Positions 13,917 to 28,247 of a stretch of DNA of 64,000 nucleotides are shown here, in pieces. Origin of the DNA: the human T2T-CHM13v2.0 reference genome, Homo sapiens. The notes under the pieces were generated by a model. That model ran no database searches. It saw nothing but the letters and a program-made list of their open reading frames with translations, and was not told where the DNA came from. Position 1 is the first letter of the stretch. The number at the start of each line of letters is the position of its first letter. The DNA lies in the NCBI RefSeq assembly GCF_009914755.1, contig NC_060927.1; one strand, 5' to 3'. Position numbers and translations under genes: made by a program.

Positions 13917-16369
13917 AAGAAAACTACAGACCAATAATCCCTGATGAACATAGATGCAAAAACCCTCATCAAAATACTAGTGAACTGAATCCAACAGCAT
14001 ATCAAGAAGATAATCTACCATGATCAAGTGGGTTTCATACCAGGGATGCAGGGATGGTTTAACATATACAAGTTAATAAATGTGATACACCACATAAACA
14101 GAATTAAAAACAAAAATCACATGATCATCTTATTAGACACAGAAAAAGCATTTGACAAAATCTAGCAAACTTTTATGATTAAAACCCTCAGCAAAATCAC
14201 ATAGAAGAGACATAACTTAAGGTTATAAAAGCCATCTGTGACAAATAGAAGCCATCTATGACAAATAAACAGTTAAGTGGGGAAAAGTTGAAAGCATTTT
14301 ACTTGAGAACTGGAACTTGCAAGGATGACCACTTTCACCACTTCTATTCAACATAGTACTGAAAGTCCTAGCCTTAGCAATCAGACAATTGAAAGAAATA
14401 AAGGGCATTCTAATTGGTAAAGAGGATGTTAAACTGTTGCTGTTCACTGATGATATGAATGTATATCTAGAAAACCCTAAAGACTAATCTGAAAAGCTCC
14501 TAGATCTGATAAATAAAATCAGTAAAGTTTCTGGATACGAAATCAATGTACACAGATCAGTAGCACTGCTATATACCAACAATAGCTAAGCTGAGAATGA
14601 AATCAAGAACTCAACCCCTTTTACAATAGCTTCAGATAAATAAAAATAAAATAAAATACTTAGGAATACACCTAACCAAGAAAATGAAAGACCTCTACAA
14701 GAAAAACTACAAAACACTGCTGAAAGAAATCATAGGTGACACAAACAAATGGAAACACATCCCGTGTTCATGAATGGGTAGAATCAATATTGAGAAAATA
14801 GCCCTACTTGAAAAGCAATCTACAAATTCAATGCAACTCCCATTAAAATACCATCATCATTCTCTGCAGAACTAGAAAAAATAATCCTAAAATCATATGA
14901 AACCAAAAAAGAGCCCACATAGCCAAAGCAAGACTAAGCAAGAAGAACAAATCTGGAGGCATTACACTACTCAACTTCAAACTATACCACAAAGTGATAG
15001 TCACCAAAACAGCATGGCACTGGTGTAAAAATAGGCACATAGACCAATGGAAAAGAATAAAGAACCCAGAAATAAAGCCAAATACTTACAGCCAACCAAT
15101 CTTTGACAAAGCAAACAAAAACATAAAAGTGGGGAAAGGACACCCTATTCAACAAATGGTGCTGGGATAATTGGTGAGCCACATGAAGAAGAATGAAACA
15201 ACTCTCACTTTATACAAAAATCAACTCAAGATGGATCAAGGACTTAAATCTAGTACCTGAAACCATAATAATTCTAGGAGATAACATTGGAAAAACTCTT
15301 CTAGACAATGGCTTAGGCAAAGCGTTCATGACCAAGAACCCAAAAAGAAGTGCAACAAAAGCAAAGATAAATAGAAGGGATTTAATTAAACTAAAAAGCT
15401 TCTGCATAGAAAAACAAATCATCAGAAGAGTAAACAGACAACCCACAGAGTGGGAGAAAGTTTTCAGAAACTGTACATCCAACAAAGGAGTAATATGCAG
15501 AATCTACAAGGAACTCAAACAAATCAGGAAGAGAAAAACAAAGAATTCCATCAAAAAGTTGGCTAAGGACATGAATAGACAATTCTTAAAAGAAGATATA
15601 CAGATGGTCAAACATGAAAAAATGCTCAATATCACTAATTATTAGGGAAATGCAAATCAAAACTGCAACGTGATACCACATTACTCCTGCAAGTATAGCC
15701 ATAATTTAAAAATAAATAATAAAAAAACAGTTGCTGGCACAGTGAAAAGGGAATACTTTTACACTGCTGGTGGGAATGTAAACTAGTACAACCGCTATGG
15801 AAAACAGTGTGGAGATTCCTTAAAGAGCTAAAAATAGAACCACCATTTGATCCAGCAATCCCACTACTGAGTATCTACACAGAGAAAAATAAGTCATTAT
15901 ATGAAAAAGACACTTACACATGCATGTTTATAGCAGCATAATTCATGCAAAAATATGGAATCAGCCCAAATGCCCATCAATCATGAGTGGACAAAGAAAA
16001 TGTGATCTATATATACCATCGAATACTACTCAGCATAGGAATGAAATAATGGCATTGGCAGCAACCTGGATGGAGTTGGAGACCATTATTCTAAGTGAAG
16101 TAACTCAGGAATGGAAAACCAAACATTGTATGTTCTCACTCATAAGTGAGAGCTAAGCTATGAGGATGCAAAGGCATAAGAATAATATAATGGACTTTTG
16201 GGACTCAGGGGGAAGGGTGGGAAGGGAGTGGGAGATGAAAGATTACATCGGGTACAGTATACACTGCTTGGGTGATGAGTGCACCAAAATCTCGGAAATC
16301 ACTGTAAAGAACTTATCCACACGACTAAACACCACCTGCTCCCTGAAAACTACTGAAATAAAAAAAAAG
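13917..16369 (+). mobile_element. L1PB1-like LINE-1, 5'-truncated (ORF2 RT region to 3' UTR), inactive
   Basis: ORF2 remnants ([13 protein letters not shown]...[12 protein letters not shown]); L1PB-type 3' UTR GCTAAGCTATGAGGATGCAAAGGCATAAG; A tail; exact 14 bp TSD AGACTATTCTGAGA at 13903-13916 and 16370-16383. Confidence 0.92.
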
Positions 16370-16477
16370 AGACTATTCTGAGATTGTCACTAAGGACACT
16401 CTGAATGTCTGACTTTTTTTTTTTTTGATAGGTGAGATTATGTAATCATAAAGAGGATAATCCTTCGAATCAAGTTG

Positions 16478-16680
16478 TTCAACTCTTAGTCCCATTATTT
16501 GCTAGGCTAGGTGGTCACAGTAAGGCGCCTAACTTATTTTGTCTCAGTGCCCTTGTCTATCAAATGAAAACAATAATATCTAACTCAAAGGGATTTCATG
16601 CAGATAAAGTGAGATTATACCTTGGAAGCATAATGCTTTGCACAACTGTTCAAAAAATCTTAGATATTATTAATTACTCT
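16478..16680 (+). mobile_element. MIR fragment
   Basis: TCTCAGTGCCCTTGTCTATCAAATGAAAACAATAATATCTAACTCA, a degenerate MIR core. Confidence 0.55.
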
Positions 16681-16909
16681 TACGTATTCCTATATGAGCG
16701 AATTGTTCCTGAAAGCTCACTCAGGGCCTGTCAGGTCAGAAATGTACCCACTCTCCTAAGAGGCATTGTCATGTGTAAACTCAGTGCCCAGCCTTAGGGC
16801 ATAATTCAATTTAACTCATTTCAATCCAACAAATATTTATAGAGTTCTTGTTCTGTGCTGGAGACCATGCTAAGTACTGGGAAAATATCTAAACATTTTT
16901 GGCTTTTAT

Positions 16910-17765
<856 letters not shown>

Positions 17766-18254
17766 TCATCAAACCAGAAGTTTAGGATGAGTGATATGTC
17801 TATATGTACTCAAAGATGGAAATGGATGAAACCAACAAATGAAGATACAGATCCAGCAGTGTGTGTGGGGAAGGTGATTCTACCTAATACGTAGATGCTT
17901 GTGTAAGAGGAATGATCTGATTTGGGCCTTGAAGAAAAAGTCAAGGATAGATATGGCTGGAATAGGAGCAAGATGAGGTGAGGAAAAACAGAGTACTCAT
18001 GGAAGACAGTAAAAATTGTTTGAGCTCCAGACTACACCTGTGTACCTGGTCCTCATACTATGGTCCTGTACAAAATGTATAACCACACTTGCAATCCATG
18101 TGCATTGAAAAGGTGACTCCATCTGAATACCTTATGTTTCAGCAGTCATATGTAAAAAAGACATCAAGATTGGAAATGGGGCTTCCTATGAGAAAATGGT
18201 AAAGTTTCTGTTCTCTAAACCTTTATAGCTTTTATGGTTTGTACACCCATAAAT

Positions 18255-18375
18255 AGGATGATCATTTACCCAGGTTTGACTAGGTTCCTAGTTTATGCTT
18301 GTTGTCCTTGTATGATTAATAGTGCCTCCTTTTATTCTCAGAAATGTCCTGGTACATTAAATTGTACGGTAACTT
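18255..18375. mobile_element. MER94-like (hAT-Blackjack)
   Basis: GTTTATGCTTGTTGTCC...ATTAATAGTGCCTCCTTTTATTCTCAGAAATGTCCTGGT resembles MER94; degenerate AGGGTGACC-type ends. Confidence 0.6.
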
Positions 18376-20189
18376 GAGCTACTAAGTAAGTGGGTGAGAT
18401 AAGTTTTCTTGTTATAGATCTATGGCTCCAAGCATCCTGAGGATAGACTTTGAATTAACTTTCATGTATTTTCTAATACCTAGATGAAGACACTGGATAG
18501 AAGTGATAAATAAAGATATGTTATTGGTTGGAATTTTATAGTACATGGTGGATATTGCACATAAGTTTGAACATGTATGGTGTTAAAATACATTCCAGAA
18601 GTCAGTTGATATTATAAGCATCCATGGAGGGGAGGGAACAGAAAAAGAGTAGAAGGCCAGTAGTGAATGAGTTGCTTCATTGAGCATTTAAGGGGTTAAA
18701 GTAGTTCTTCAAGCTCTGGGTGTGAACTACACAGTGTCTTAATAATACCTCTAATACCTGTGCATTTATATGAGCAGAACAAGTGAAAACCTGCCTTGCA
18801 GAAATTAGATTAAACAGTTGAAGGAGACAGTCATTTTAATAAGGAGCTTCTATATAAAAACCCTTGATACTTCATTATCTATTTATTCCTCTCAGTCACT
18901 CAATTTTATTTTATCCTTCATAATTAAAAAGTAGACAAAACCAAGTCTTCAAAAAAAAAAAAAAAAAAAACGACCCAATGCCACTGTGTTTTGTGTAAAC
19001 GGTATTGGTTGGATGTAGTTTGTTTGTCTACTTTTACTGTTGATTGCTATTTCTTTCTCTCCCTCGCCCCATCGTTATGCTTTCCTCCCATGAAGTCTTT
19101 TACAGCATCACAGGGGGTAGAAATATCTTGTGATACAGAGGCTATTAGTAGAGTTACTAGTAGAATTCTAATTACACATAGAGAATCATACCATTGCAAC
19201 ATTTCAAAGATGATACGGGCAATCTTAACATTTCTTTCTTTTTTATCTAGATAGCATTTATCACCTTCTGTACTCCCTTGGTACACCATCTTTATTGGTA
19301 TCAGGAAGTATTAGCTACTCTGTCATTCTCTCATTCTCTCATAAATTGCCTGAACCAAGTTTTCATTTTAGGGCTCTGCTGTAAATTTCATTCAGTGCAA
19401 AATTTCTTGGAAAGCTGTGATAAATGTAGTGCAAGGGTGTTGATGTTAAGACTACACCTATCTTTCCTCTCCCCCCAAAAAGAAGATTGCATTTGTATAC
19501 GTGCATGCATATTTTTCTTACACACATTAACTCATTAATGGAACTTAGACAAGTTCTGATGACAAACCTGAAACAATCAAGGCCACTTGGTTGAACACTG
19601 AAGTTTCTGGCATGTGTTTTTCCTACAAGTAAACTAAAGTGCAAGGCAACTAAACAGCTTTACTTATACAATTTTTCTTAGTATGAAATTATGAAGGTTA
19701 AGGTACTTATGAAAGTCTATGGCACTAAACCATTGTGGTTTAAATGTCAAGTTTGCCAAAAGTTAAACATGCAGCTAGCTCGAGTGCCAGTCCATGGCTT
19801 TAGGCTGTCCTTAAGGGTATGGCCCATGCTTAATTTGTTTCTGTATAGTGTCATGGTGTTCTATAAATGTTGTTGAGTCAGCTCACTGTGTACTCTCTTA
19901 GATATGAGACATTGATTGTACATCCTAGATGTAAAAAAGAAAAATTTTGATATTTAATCCTTAAATATATTTGACATATGAAAAGAGAATAAATTGGAAA
20001 TAAATTTGCTGATGGGTGAAACTATGAGTCTTAGCTTTTCACTGAAGCCTTCTTATTTGTGATTAGCATGTACCTTCACACATTTCCTTTAACTTCTTTC
20101 TCTGGGGCTACAGGAAACTAGGAGTGAATAGATGTGGAAAACATTAATGGTAGGATGACAGGTGCTGGCATTGTAAAGGAGAGGTAAAC

Positions 20190-20700
20190 AGCATTCTCTT
20201 GAGTAGAATCCTCAGAGTGGAATTGCTGTGTCATATGGTTAGTTTATGTTTAACCTTGTAATAAATTGCCAAATTGTTTTCCAAAGTGGCTGCCCCATTT
20301 TACATTTCCTCCATCAATATCTGAGGTTTCCAATTTCTCCACATCCTCACCAATACCTGGCATTGTTTCTTTTTGATTATACTATTTTAGTTGATGAGTA
20401 GTGGGAATGTAAATAATTCATTATGCTTTTAATTAGCATTTGCCTAATGACTAATTATGTTGTGCATGTTTTTACATGCATATTGGCCATTTGTATATTT
20501 TCTTGGTGGAAACCTGTATTCAAATAATTTGCCCATTTTTAAAATCTGAGTTTTGTCTTCTTATTGAGTTGGAAGAGTTCTTTACATATTCTGAATACAA
20601 GTATTTTATCAGAGATATAATTTGAAAATATTTTATTTCATCCTGTGGCTTGCCTTTTAATTTTCCTAATGGTGTCCCTTGAAGCATAACGGTTCTCACT
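20190..20700 (-). mobile_element. Old L1M fragment (ORF2 3' end)
   Basis: GAGTGGAATTGCTGTGTCATATGG, TTTTCCAAAGTGGCTG, TTTCTCCACATCCTCACCAA. Confidence 0.8.
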
Positions 20701-22254
20701 GATTTTTAATACATGGTCTTTGAAAAGAACTGTGTTATTGGATATACAGTATCACTGTCCTTTGTTATTTCTCCAGCAAATGTGAATCAGAAACTACTCT
20801 GCTGCTTTTCACACCATCATTTAAAATACTTGAGGATGTATACTAAGTTTTTTTTTCTTTATTGAGGATCCATTTTGAGCCAAGCTTTATATATTTACTC
20901 TAACTCAGCAGCTACTCTGCAAACAATTTCTTGTGACTCCCACTTTATAGATTAAAAAACAGAGGCTCAGGAGGTCTAGCAAATTTTCCAAAACTAAAGA
21001 GAAAAGTACAAGAAGTGAGTTGAAACCAGTTTTAAATCACTGTAAACCCTGTGCTTCCCATAGGATGCTAAGCTGGGCCTTTTCAGGCATGACAAAGCCA
21101 TGGGTTCTTCACAGTTGGAAGTAGGAGGTTAAACTTTAAGAACCTTGAATTGCTCTCTGCCCTTGGAATAGTAGAGTGGGGGTAATATCTCTCTATGTTG
21201 TTTCTGGCTCTCCATCTGGTAGCTGTGAAGTAGCCCATGTTAGTCATCACAGACAAGGAAAAAATACTGTTCTATTTCAAATAGTTAATATTCATCAAAT
21301 GTTAATGAAAATACATAACAAATAATTACCACAAACACGGTGTCTGATTAAGATGAAAAGGATGACAATCCTGTGAATTTTTAATCTGAAAAATAAAGAA
21401 TGTTACATTAATAAGACTTAATTATATCATTAAATATTTAAAATTACCTTCCTTAATAGATTTTATTTTTATTTAAAATACTTCATTTTTAAATGTTTAT
21501 AACACTTTCATGAGACTGGTACATAAAATCCTATCAACTGTGATGGCAAAAGAGAATTTTAACTTAATATATTCATCATATTGATCTCACAACTTCCACT
21601 TTATTTATTGTTCAGAAAAGCTAATAACCCTTTTACACTTTATTATAATTGATATTTTCTCCACATAGAGTGATAAATAATTAATACCATTACAGGCACA
21701 TCATGTGCGGTACACTTATTTGGGAAAAAAATACAACAAACCATCTGAATAGTGTATTATACATTCCATTTTAATACTCTACACTTACAATTAATGCTAC
21801 ATTTTACAGGAAAACATAATTAACTTTGGGAATCTGTCTTGAAATGACCACATTTAGGCAGCTGAAGCTAAGGCAGGGGATCTAATCTAAGCCAGCTCTC
21901 TGGTTTTTCCACATTTCAGCTGCTTCTAAAGGATCAGTAAAATTATATACCTATCACCGAGTCTTTTCACAACTTGGGAAAGGTGTTTATAAAAGAGAAA
22001 GGATAGTTTTTTTTTAGCTCTGTGCTGTCTACACAAAAATTGAATTTGATTTTTAATTTTCGCACAGTTTTTGTAATTGTCTTTTTAATGAAAATCAACA
22101 CCTCTCTCAAAATTGTTAATAAGATAATAAAACTCATTTGATCTTTCTCCTTCCCCTACCCCCATCACAAGAGCCTTTTTTGGGAGGAAGGAAACTGTAG
22201 TTATTCCTTCCATATTGCTATGGGTGACTTGATTGTTTACTTCTTTCAGGGAGG

Positions 22255-22495
22255 CAACTGGATACAGAGTACTAGGTACAGGGCCTGGAGATACAGGTTG
22301 AGATGATGGGTCTGCCTCTTCCTAGCTTTCTCATGTAGGACAATTTCCTTTACCTCTCTGCACTTTAGCTTCTTCCTATTAGATTATAAGCTTCATGGGG
22401 CAGGGGCCATGTTGGTCCTGTTCATTTTATTCCTCAGGCAGTGTCTAACGCATGGTAAAATTCAACAATATTTGCGAATGAAAGTATGAATGATG
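22255..22495 (+). mobile_element. MIR fragment followed by an L2 3' end
   Basis: MIR-like TTTACCTCTCTGCACTTTAGCTTC, then L2 tail TAGATTATAAGCTTCATGGGGCAGGG...AATATTTGCGAATGAA. Confidence 0.55.
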
Positions 22496-22789
22496 CAGTT
22501 ATTGAATTGCAGAACTCTTATGCAGAAGGAAAATTACTTGGGAATTTATGTAATAAAGTCAATTAGTTCAAGCCACCTAATTAGTTTGTTCTGGTTTTGT
22601 ACCTGTGGCATAGACAAACTCAATCATGCTCAGCAGGCTCAACCAGTAAAAAGGAAGGCTAGACTATCTGGCCCGATCGTGGGCTATTTCTGAATTCACC
22701 TGCACCCTGACCTCTGGCTTTGTCTCCTACCATTAGCCTTCTACTTGCCCCTTGAAGCTGACATACAGACACTAAATTACTCTTCTCAG

Positions 22790-23222
22790 AGCCCATGGAT
22801 ATTTTCCAGATTTCTAGATGCCCCTTCCTCAGCTTCTGTGTGTGTTTTCCCTCTAATGACCTGTACCTGGGAGTGACTCACATTGGAGGCTTGTCTGCAG
22901 GCTACTGCATTTTGCCTACATGAACAGACTGCTGGCTGTGCATATAGGAGTTTGTCTTGCACTGGCGCTTGGTTGCTTCCACTCCACCAACAATGACCAA
23001 CCAGGATAGGAACATAAAAGCCCAGTTTGCTTGCCATGAATTGGTTAATTTATACTCTAGAACTCCCCTGTGAGATGAGACTAAAGATGGTACTCTTCTT
23101 GAAACTGTCACTTTGATTGGCTGCTGCTTCTTTCTAAAGCTTCCCTGGAACATTTTCTTAATAAATCCCTTGTATGCAGATCCTCATCTCAAGGTCCCCT
23201 TCATGAAAGTTGACCCAAGACA
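22790..23222 (+). mobile_element. LTR16-like ERVL LTR
   Basis: 3' end TAATAAATCCCTTGTATGCAGATCCTCATCTCAAGGTC...GACCCAAGACA typical of LTR16; left boundary uncertain. Confidence 0.5.
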
Positions 23223-23673
23223 CACAAATACAAATTTAGGTTTCCATATTTGATCAATGGTACTTCTTTATCTCACCTTTATGTTCCAACTGCTTGTGTC
23301 AACTTCATGTAATAATCCAATCTCAAAGAGCCCCTAGGACTCTACTCTAGCATAAGCTGTGATGGCCAGTCTCTAATTACCTGATGTATTTGACCTGGCT
23401 CCACTTAAAGAGAAATAGAGCTTCTCTTTCTATACAGTCCCACATTTATAAATCCTGGATAGTGTCTATTTAGTTCATGGCAGCTTATAATTAAAGAGGT
23501 ATCTGTGAAAGACATGTGTTGGAATTGTTGTTTTTAAACTTGTAACCTCTGTAGAAAGCATGAACATGTTACAATAATTGGGTTATATTTTGTGGAACCC
23601 ATCAGATTAGGGAAGTTTGAGATAATATTCTTGTAAAATCTGGTGACAGAGAGTTAGACATTTGTTAAGAGAA

Positions 23674-24008
23674 CAGTTGTCACCGAGTGTCCTCAGGGGA
23701 TTGGTTCCAAGATTTGCTCCACTACCAAAATCCACACATGCTCAAGTCTCTTATATAAAATGGCATAATATTATATAACCTGTATGTGTCCTCCTGTAGA
23801 TTTTAATCTCTAGATTACTTATTATAACTAATGCAATATAAATGCTATGTAAATAGTTGTCATACTGTTAAGGAAATAACAAAAAGAAAAAAGAAGTCTG
23901 TACATGTTCAGCATGTTCAGTAGAGATGCTTTTTTTCCCCCCAAATATTTTTGATCGTATTTGGTTGAATCTACAGATTCAGAACCTGTGGATATGGAGG
24001 ACTGACTG
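23674..24008. mobile_element. MER2 (Tigger-derived MITE)
   Basis: CAGTTGTC...GGGGATTGGTTCCAAGA...ATGCTCAAGTCTCTTATATAAAATGG...GTGGATATGGAGGACTGACTG. Confidence 0.85.
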
Positions 24009-24419
24009 CAGTCTGCACATAGCATATTCTCAGTAAAGTATAGCCTATCCTATGTGTGTGAATATAAATGAAGCAATTTTTAAAGCTTCAGAGATGGGAG
24101 GGAAGCCTGCAAATGGGGTTCCAAAGGCAATCTAAATTGAATTGCTCAAAAGGAAGGACAAGTAGGATAAGAATTAGAAGTCCTAGCCCAAAAGAAAGCA
24201 TGTATTGAAACTGAAGGTTAAGAAAAGCCAGAACGGATAGAATAGTGACATTATAGACTTTATTCATTATGATATGCAACGCTAGCTGCTTAAACAGACA
24301 CCAACATTTCAGTGGTATAACACAGTGAAAGTTTATTAATTTTTTGTTCCAGTGGAGTCTGATGCAAATGTTCCTGATTGTCAAATATCTTATCCATGGG
24401 CCCAACAAAAGACTTAATG

Positions 24420-25765
24420 GCCCGCTTCATATCATACAAAAAATTAGATGCAGGTGGATTGTGGATACCAATGTGATAGTTAAAACAAGAAAGCTTCTAG
24501 AACCAGTGTTGTCAAATGGATTTAGTTGCACTGGTGGAAACATTACTGTCAGCAGCCACTGGCCACATACTGCTATGGACCACTTGAAATATGGCTTGTG
24601 CAACTGAAAAAGTTAGATTTTAATTTTATTTAATTTTTATTAACCTAAATTTAAATAGTCACATGTGGCTACTGGCAACACTAGTGAATGGCACAGTTCT
24701 AGAAGATAATGTAGGACAGTATGTTCATGAAATTAGGGTAAACAAAGCTTTCTTAAACAGGTTGCAAAGAGGACTAACATAAAGAAAAAGACTGATACAC
24801 TGGACTTCTTTAAATGAAGAATTTCTGCTCATTAGAAGACATACTAAGAAGGTCAAAGGTAATGCAAAATTGCAATGCAAAATATGGCAAAGAATCATAA
24901 CCAAATATATTTAAAATCCTATAAATCCAATAAAAAGGTAACATAACCTAATTTTAAAATGACAAAAGATTTGAACATATTTTATAAAAAATTATCTAAA
25001 TGGTCGGGTGCTCAACATTAATTTGTCATCAGGTAAAGCAAATTAAAACTACAGTGAGATACCACATGTCCATCCAAATGGATAAAAACAAAACAAAACA
25101 AAACAAGAACTGACAATGAAAATGTTCGCAAGGACAATTAGAACTCTCATTCACTGCTAATGGATATGTAAATTAGTGAAACCACTTTGGAAAACTGGCA
25201 ATTTTTAATCAAGTTTAACATTCACTTATGGCCAACATTTTTACTTCCTGGTATATACATCAAGGAGAAATGGGTACATGTCTGCACCTAGAGATATGAA
25301 CTAGAATATTTTTAGCAGCAAACTCAATTGTCCCTCAGTGGTAAAATGAATGAATAAATTGTGATGTATGTATGCATGTGAAAGTGTGTGTTTGTATATG
25401 ATGGAATACTCTACAGTAACAAATATACGCAATCACAGGAATGAATCTCATAAATAGAAATTGAAGTAAAAGAAACCAGATGCAAGAAACACAGTTAATA
25501 ATTTACCTAAATAAAATTTTAAAAACAGGCCAAAGTAATCTATAGTGATAAAAGTCTGAATAGCGCTTTGTGTGTGCACGGTATGGCGGTGGGTAAAAGG
25601 AGAGGCATAGGGAGGCACCTGAGCGCTAGTAATCTCTATTTCTTAATCTTGATGGTGGTTAACCAGGTATGATTACATGGTAAAAACACTTTGAGCTGCA
25701 CCCTTATAGTTTTTGCACTTTTCTGTCTGCGTGCTATATGTCAACAAAATATTTACTTTAAAAAA
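24420..25765 (+). mobile_element. L1ME-like 3' fragment, interrupted by MER3
   Basis: Degenerate ORF2 end (AAGCTTCTAGAA|GATAATGTAGGA, AACCACTTTGGAAAACTG) and L1ME-type 3' UTR (CTATTTCTTAATCTTGATGGTGGTT). Confidence 0.75.
24504..24696. mobile_element. MER3 (hAT-Charlie)
   Basis: CAGTGTTGTCAAAT...AAATTTAAATAGTCACATGTGGCTA...GCACAG; flanked by duplicated TTCTAGAA (24495-24502 and 24697-24704), consistent with an 8 bp hAT TSD. Confidence 0.75.
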
Positions 25766-27740
25766 TACTCTATTAAAATTTATGAAGCAGGTCAAAGTGT
25801 GATAGCAGGAACCTTAAAGTGTGAATGACAAAGAAGGCCTAGATCAATCATAAAAGATTTTATTTTCGTTTGTATGGCATGTTGCATGGCAAAGTAATGA
25901 ACTAGAGATTGGGACACTTCATATCTGCATCTGATTTCTCACCTCTCAGAGATGGATTTGCCTTTTTATATATTTGTATGTATAAGGTGTTCATTTATCC
26001 ATTTAACGAATGTTATTGAGCATCTCTACTATGTGCCAGGTTCTAGTTTGGAGGTGCTACATTGGAGTAGCCAGTTTCTTAATTATTCAGAGAGGAACAA
26101 ATTGGTTGATGAGACTTTTGAACTTTCCATTATCTCTTCCCCTTTCCTGGCAGCCCCTAAGGTTTCCTCTGGCTGCAACAGTGTATGGAATTCTATGTAG
26201 TTACACTAAGGCAAATCCAGTATGTTAGTTAGTATCCAGTACGATTAATTCAAGGTTTCTAGATGAATGATTCTGTAGCTGAATCTGTGAACTCTCGTGG
26301 ACAGTGGCTTTGCCTGTTTCTCCTATGAGTCCCTATGCATAGAACAGCTCCAGCATAGAGGTGAACTCAGCAAAAGATAGAAGGTGTGGAGAATGAAAGA
26401 CTCTACCATTACCAAGCTAACTAATGGCAGTTATCTGCTTTCATTCCAGTGTAGTTTTCCTTTTCACTCAAGGGGGGAAAACATTTCTGGATTTTTATAA
26501 CTCAACAAATAGTGACGTGTAATGACAGCAATCTTCCTCACCAAAGTTCAGATGTAGACATTGGCTACCCGATTCCCAATTTCATCAACTTCTTAAAAAA
26601 ATCTGTCTATAACACAGCTGTCCCATAATAGCTTCTGGGGAATATTCTGTGGATTAAACAATTTCTCCCCTAAAGCGTGGACTCCCTATGTCAAAGATTG
26701 GTAGTATATTGATAATGGAAAACACTGGTATTTACCTATTCCCCCATGCCAGGTTAATAAAGAGGTAAAGTCTGACTTCCCTTTTGAATGATCTGGGATC
26801 TTTATCAAGTGAGTTCATAAAGGGGTTGGAGAAGTGTGTACTTTTGTCCTTAAGAAGGAAGAGAGATGTAGAATCAGATTTTCAACTGTGCTGTTTTCGT
26901 GTCGTTTTTACTTAACCATTAAGATGATCTTCCTGGGAACACTGGAGACTTGATTCTGATGTTCTCAGTTCCTTTGAATTCTTTGATGTTTTGTTTTCTC
27001 TGCCTGAAGTATTTTACTGCAGTGCTAGTAAAACCACAGAGAACATATAACTGAATGGCTGTCCCTTGCAAGCCCCATGGATGTGGTGGTGGCAGGAAAA
27101 ATTCTTGGCTTTGCCCTGAGATATTGGAGCTCTTTGGAAGAAGCTAAAAGGCTAGCTGCCTGAAGGCTCCTTTTTGTTTTCCTAGATGTATAGGCAGGAT
27201 GATAGGGTTGGATTAGTCAGTTTATGAATTATTCAGAGATGGATTAGCCAGCTGATGGATTATTCAGGCCTGTGTTCCTTTTCCATTTCTCTTACCCTGC
27301 CAGGCACCTGTTCATTCCATTCCAACCTGGCTGTTCTCAAGGGCATTAGAAGAAGCAAGAAAAGAAGATATTGTGACCAGTGGTTCACAGCAATGCCCAG
27401 AAGAGTTAAAAGTGGTCTGATGAAGAGTGTCTAGCCCTGCAGTGTTGGGAGGTAGGAAGCAGGATGTTGCAGAAACTCAGCAGCCTGGGTGTCAAGGCAC
27501 ATAAGTCAAGAAGGCCACTTTGGGCAGCAAATAAAGAAACCAAGCTGACACCCAGATATGGATAGTGAGAAAAGCTACTGTTAAGTGAAGTACACAGGAC
27601 TTTGGGACGTAGGTATCCAACCCAAGCACACTTTTCAGCTAGGTTAAATTTAGGCTTTATAACGGGCATCTGAGGCCTAATAATTTATTCTAAAATTAAA
27701 ATATGAAGAGTGCCTAGTATATGCTAGGCATCTTATAAAC

Positions 27741-28247
27741 TGTATTAGGATTGCTTTTAACTGCAAGTTATGAGTCAATTAATGATTAAATATAACAGAC
27801 ACTTTTGAAGTAAGGAGTGCAGTATTGATATAGCACTCCAGAGATGTCATGAAAGATCCATGAGTTTCCAATTTTTGTTATACTGCTATCCTAAGCATGT
27901 TTTTCATGTTTTTATATGATTAGAAATGGCTGCGGAAGCTCATAATATATCATGGAAGGTAGGGGTACGGGGGAGGCAAAAGGGCTTTCTACTCCCATTG
28001 CTTGCTCTTTCATTAAAGAGGCAAATCTTCTGGAACCCGCAATCAGCATTTCTCTTATATCTCATTGGCCACATGTTCCTAGACTAACAGCTAGGAAAGG
28101 GGAAAGGAAGTCTCATTGTTGTCTTAGAATAATCAAAGTAATTGTCCAGGTCTAGGATCATGACCAGCGTGAACAGAATAGGGAATTTTCTAGCAAAAAA
28201 TAAAGGGGAAATAAAAATTGGGTAGATAACCAATAGTATCTACTACT
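27741..28247 (-). mobile_element. MLT1 (K/L-like) LTR
   Basis: TGTATTAGGATTGCTTTTAACTGCAAG start, TCTCATTGGCCA, end GGGTAGATAACCAATAGTATCTACTAC. Confidence 0.55.
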
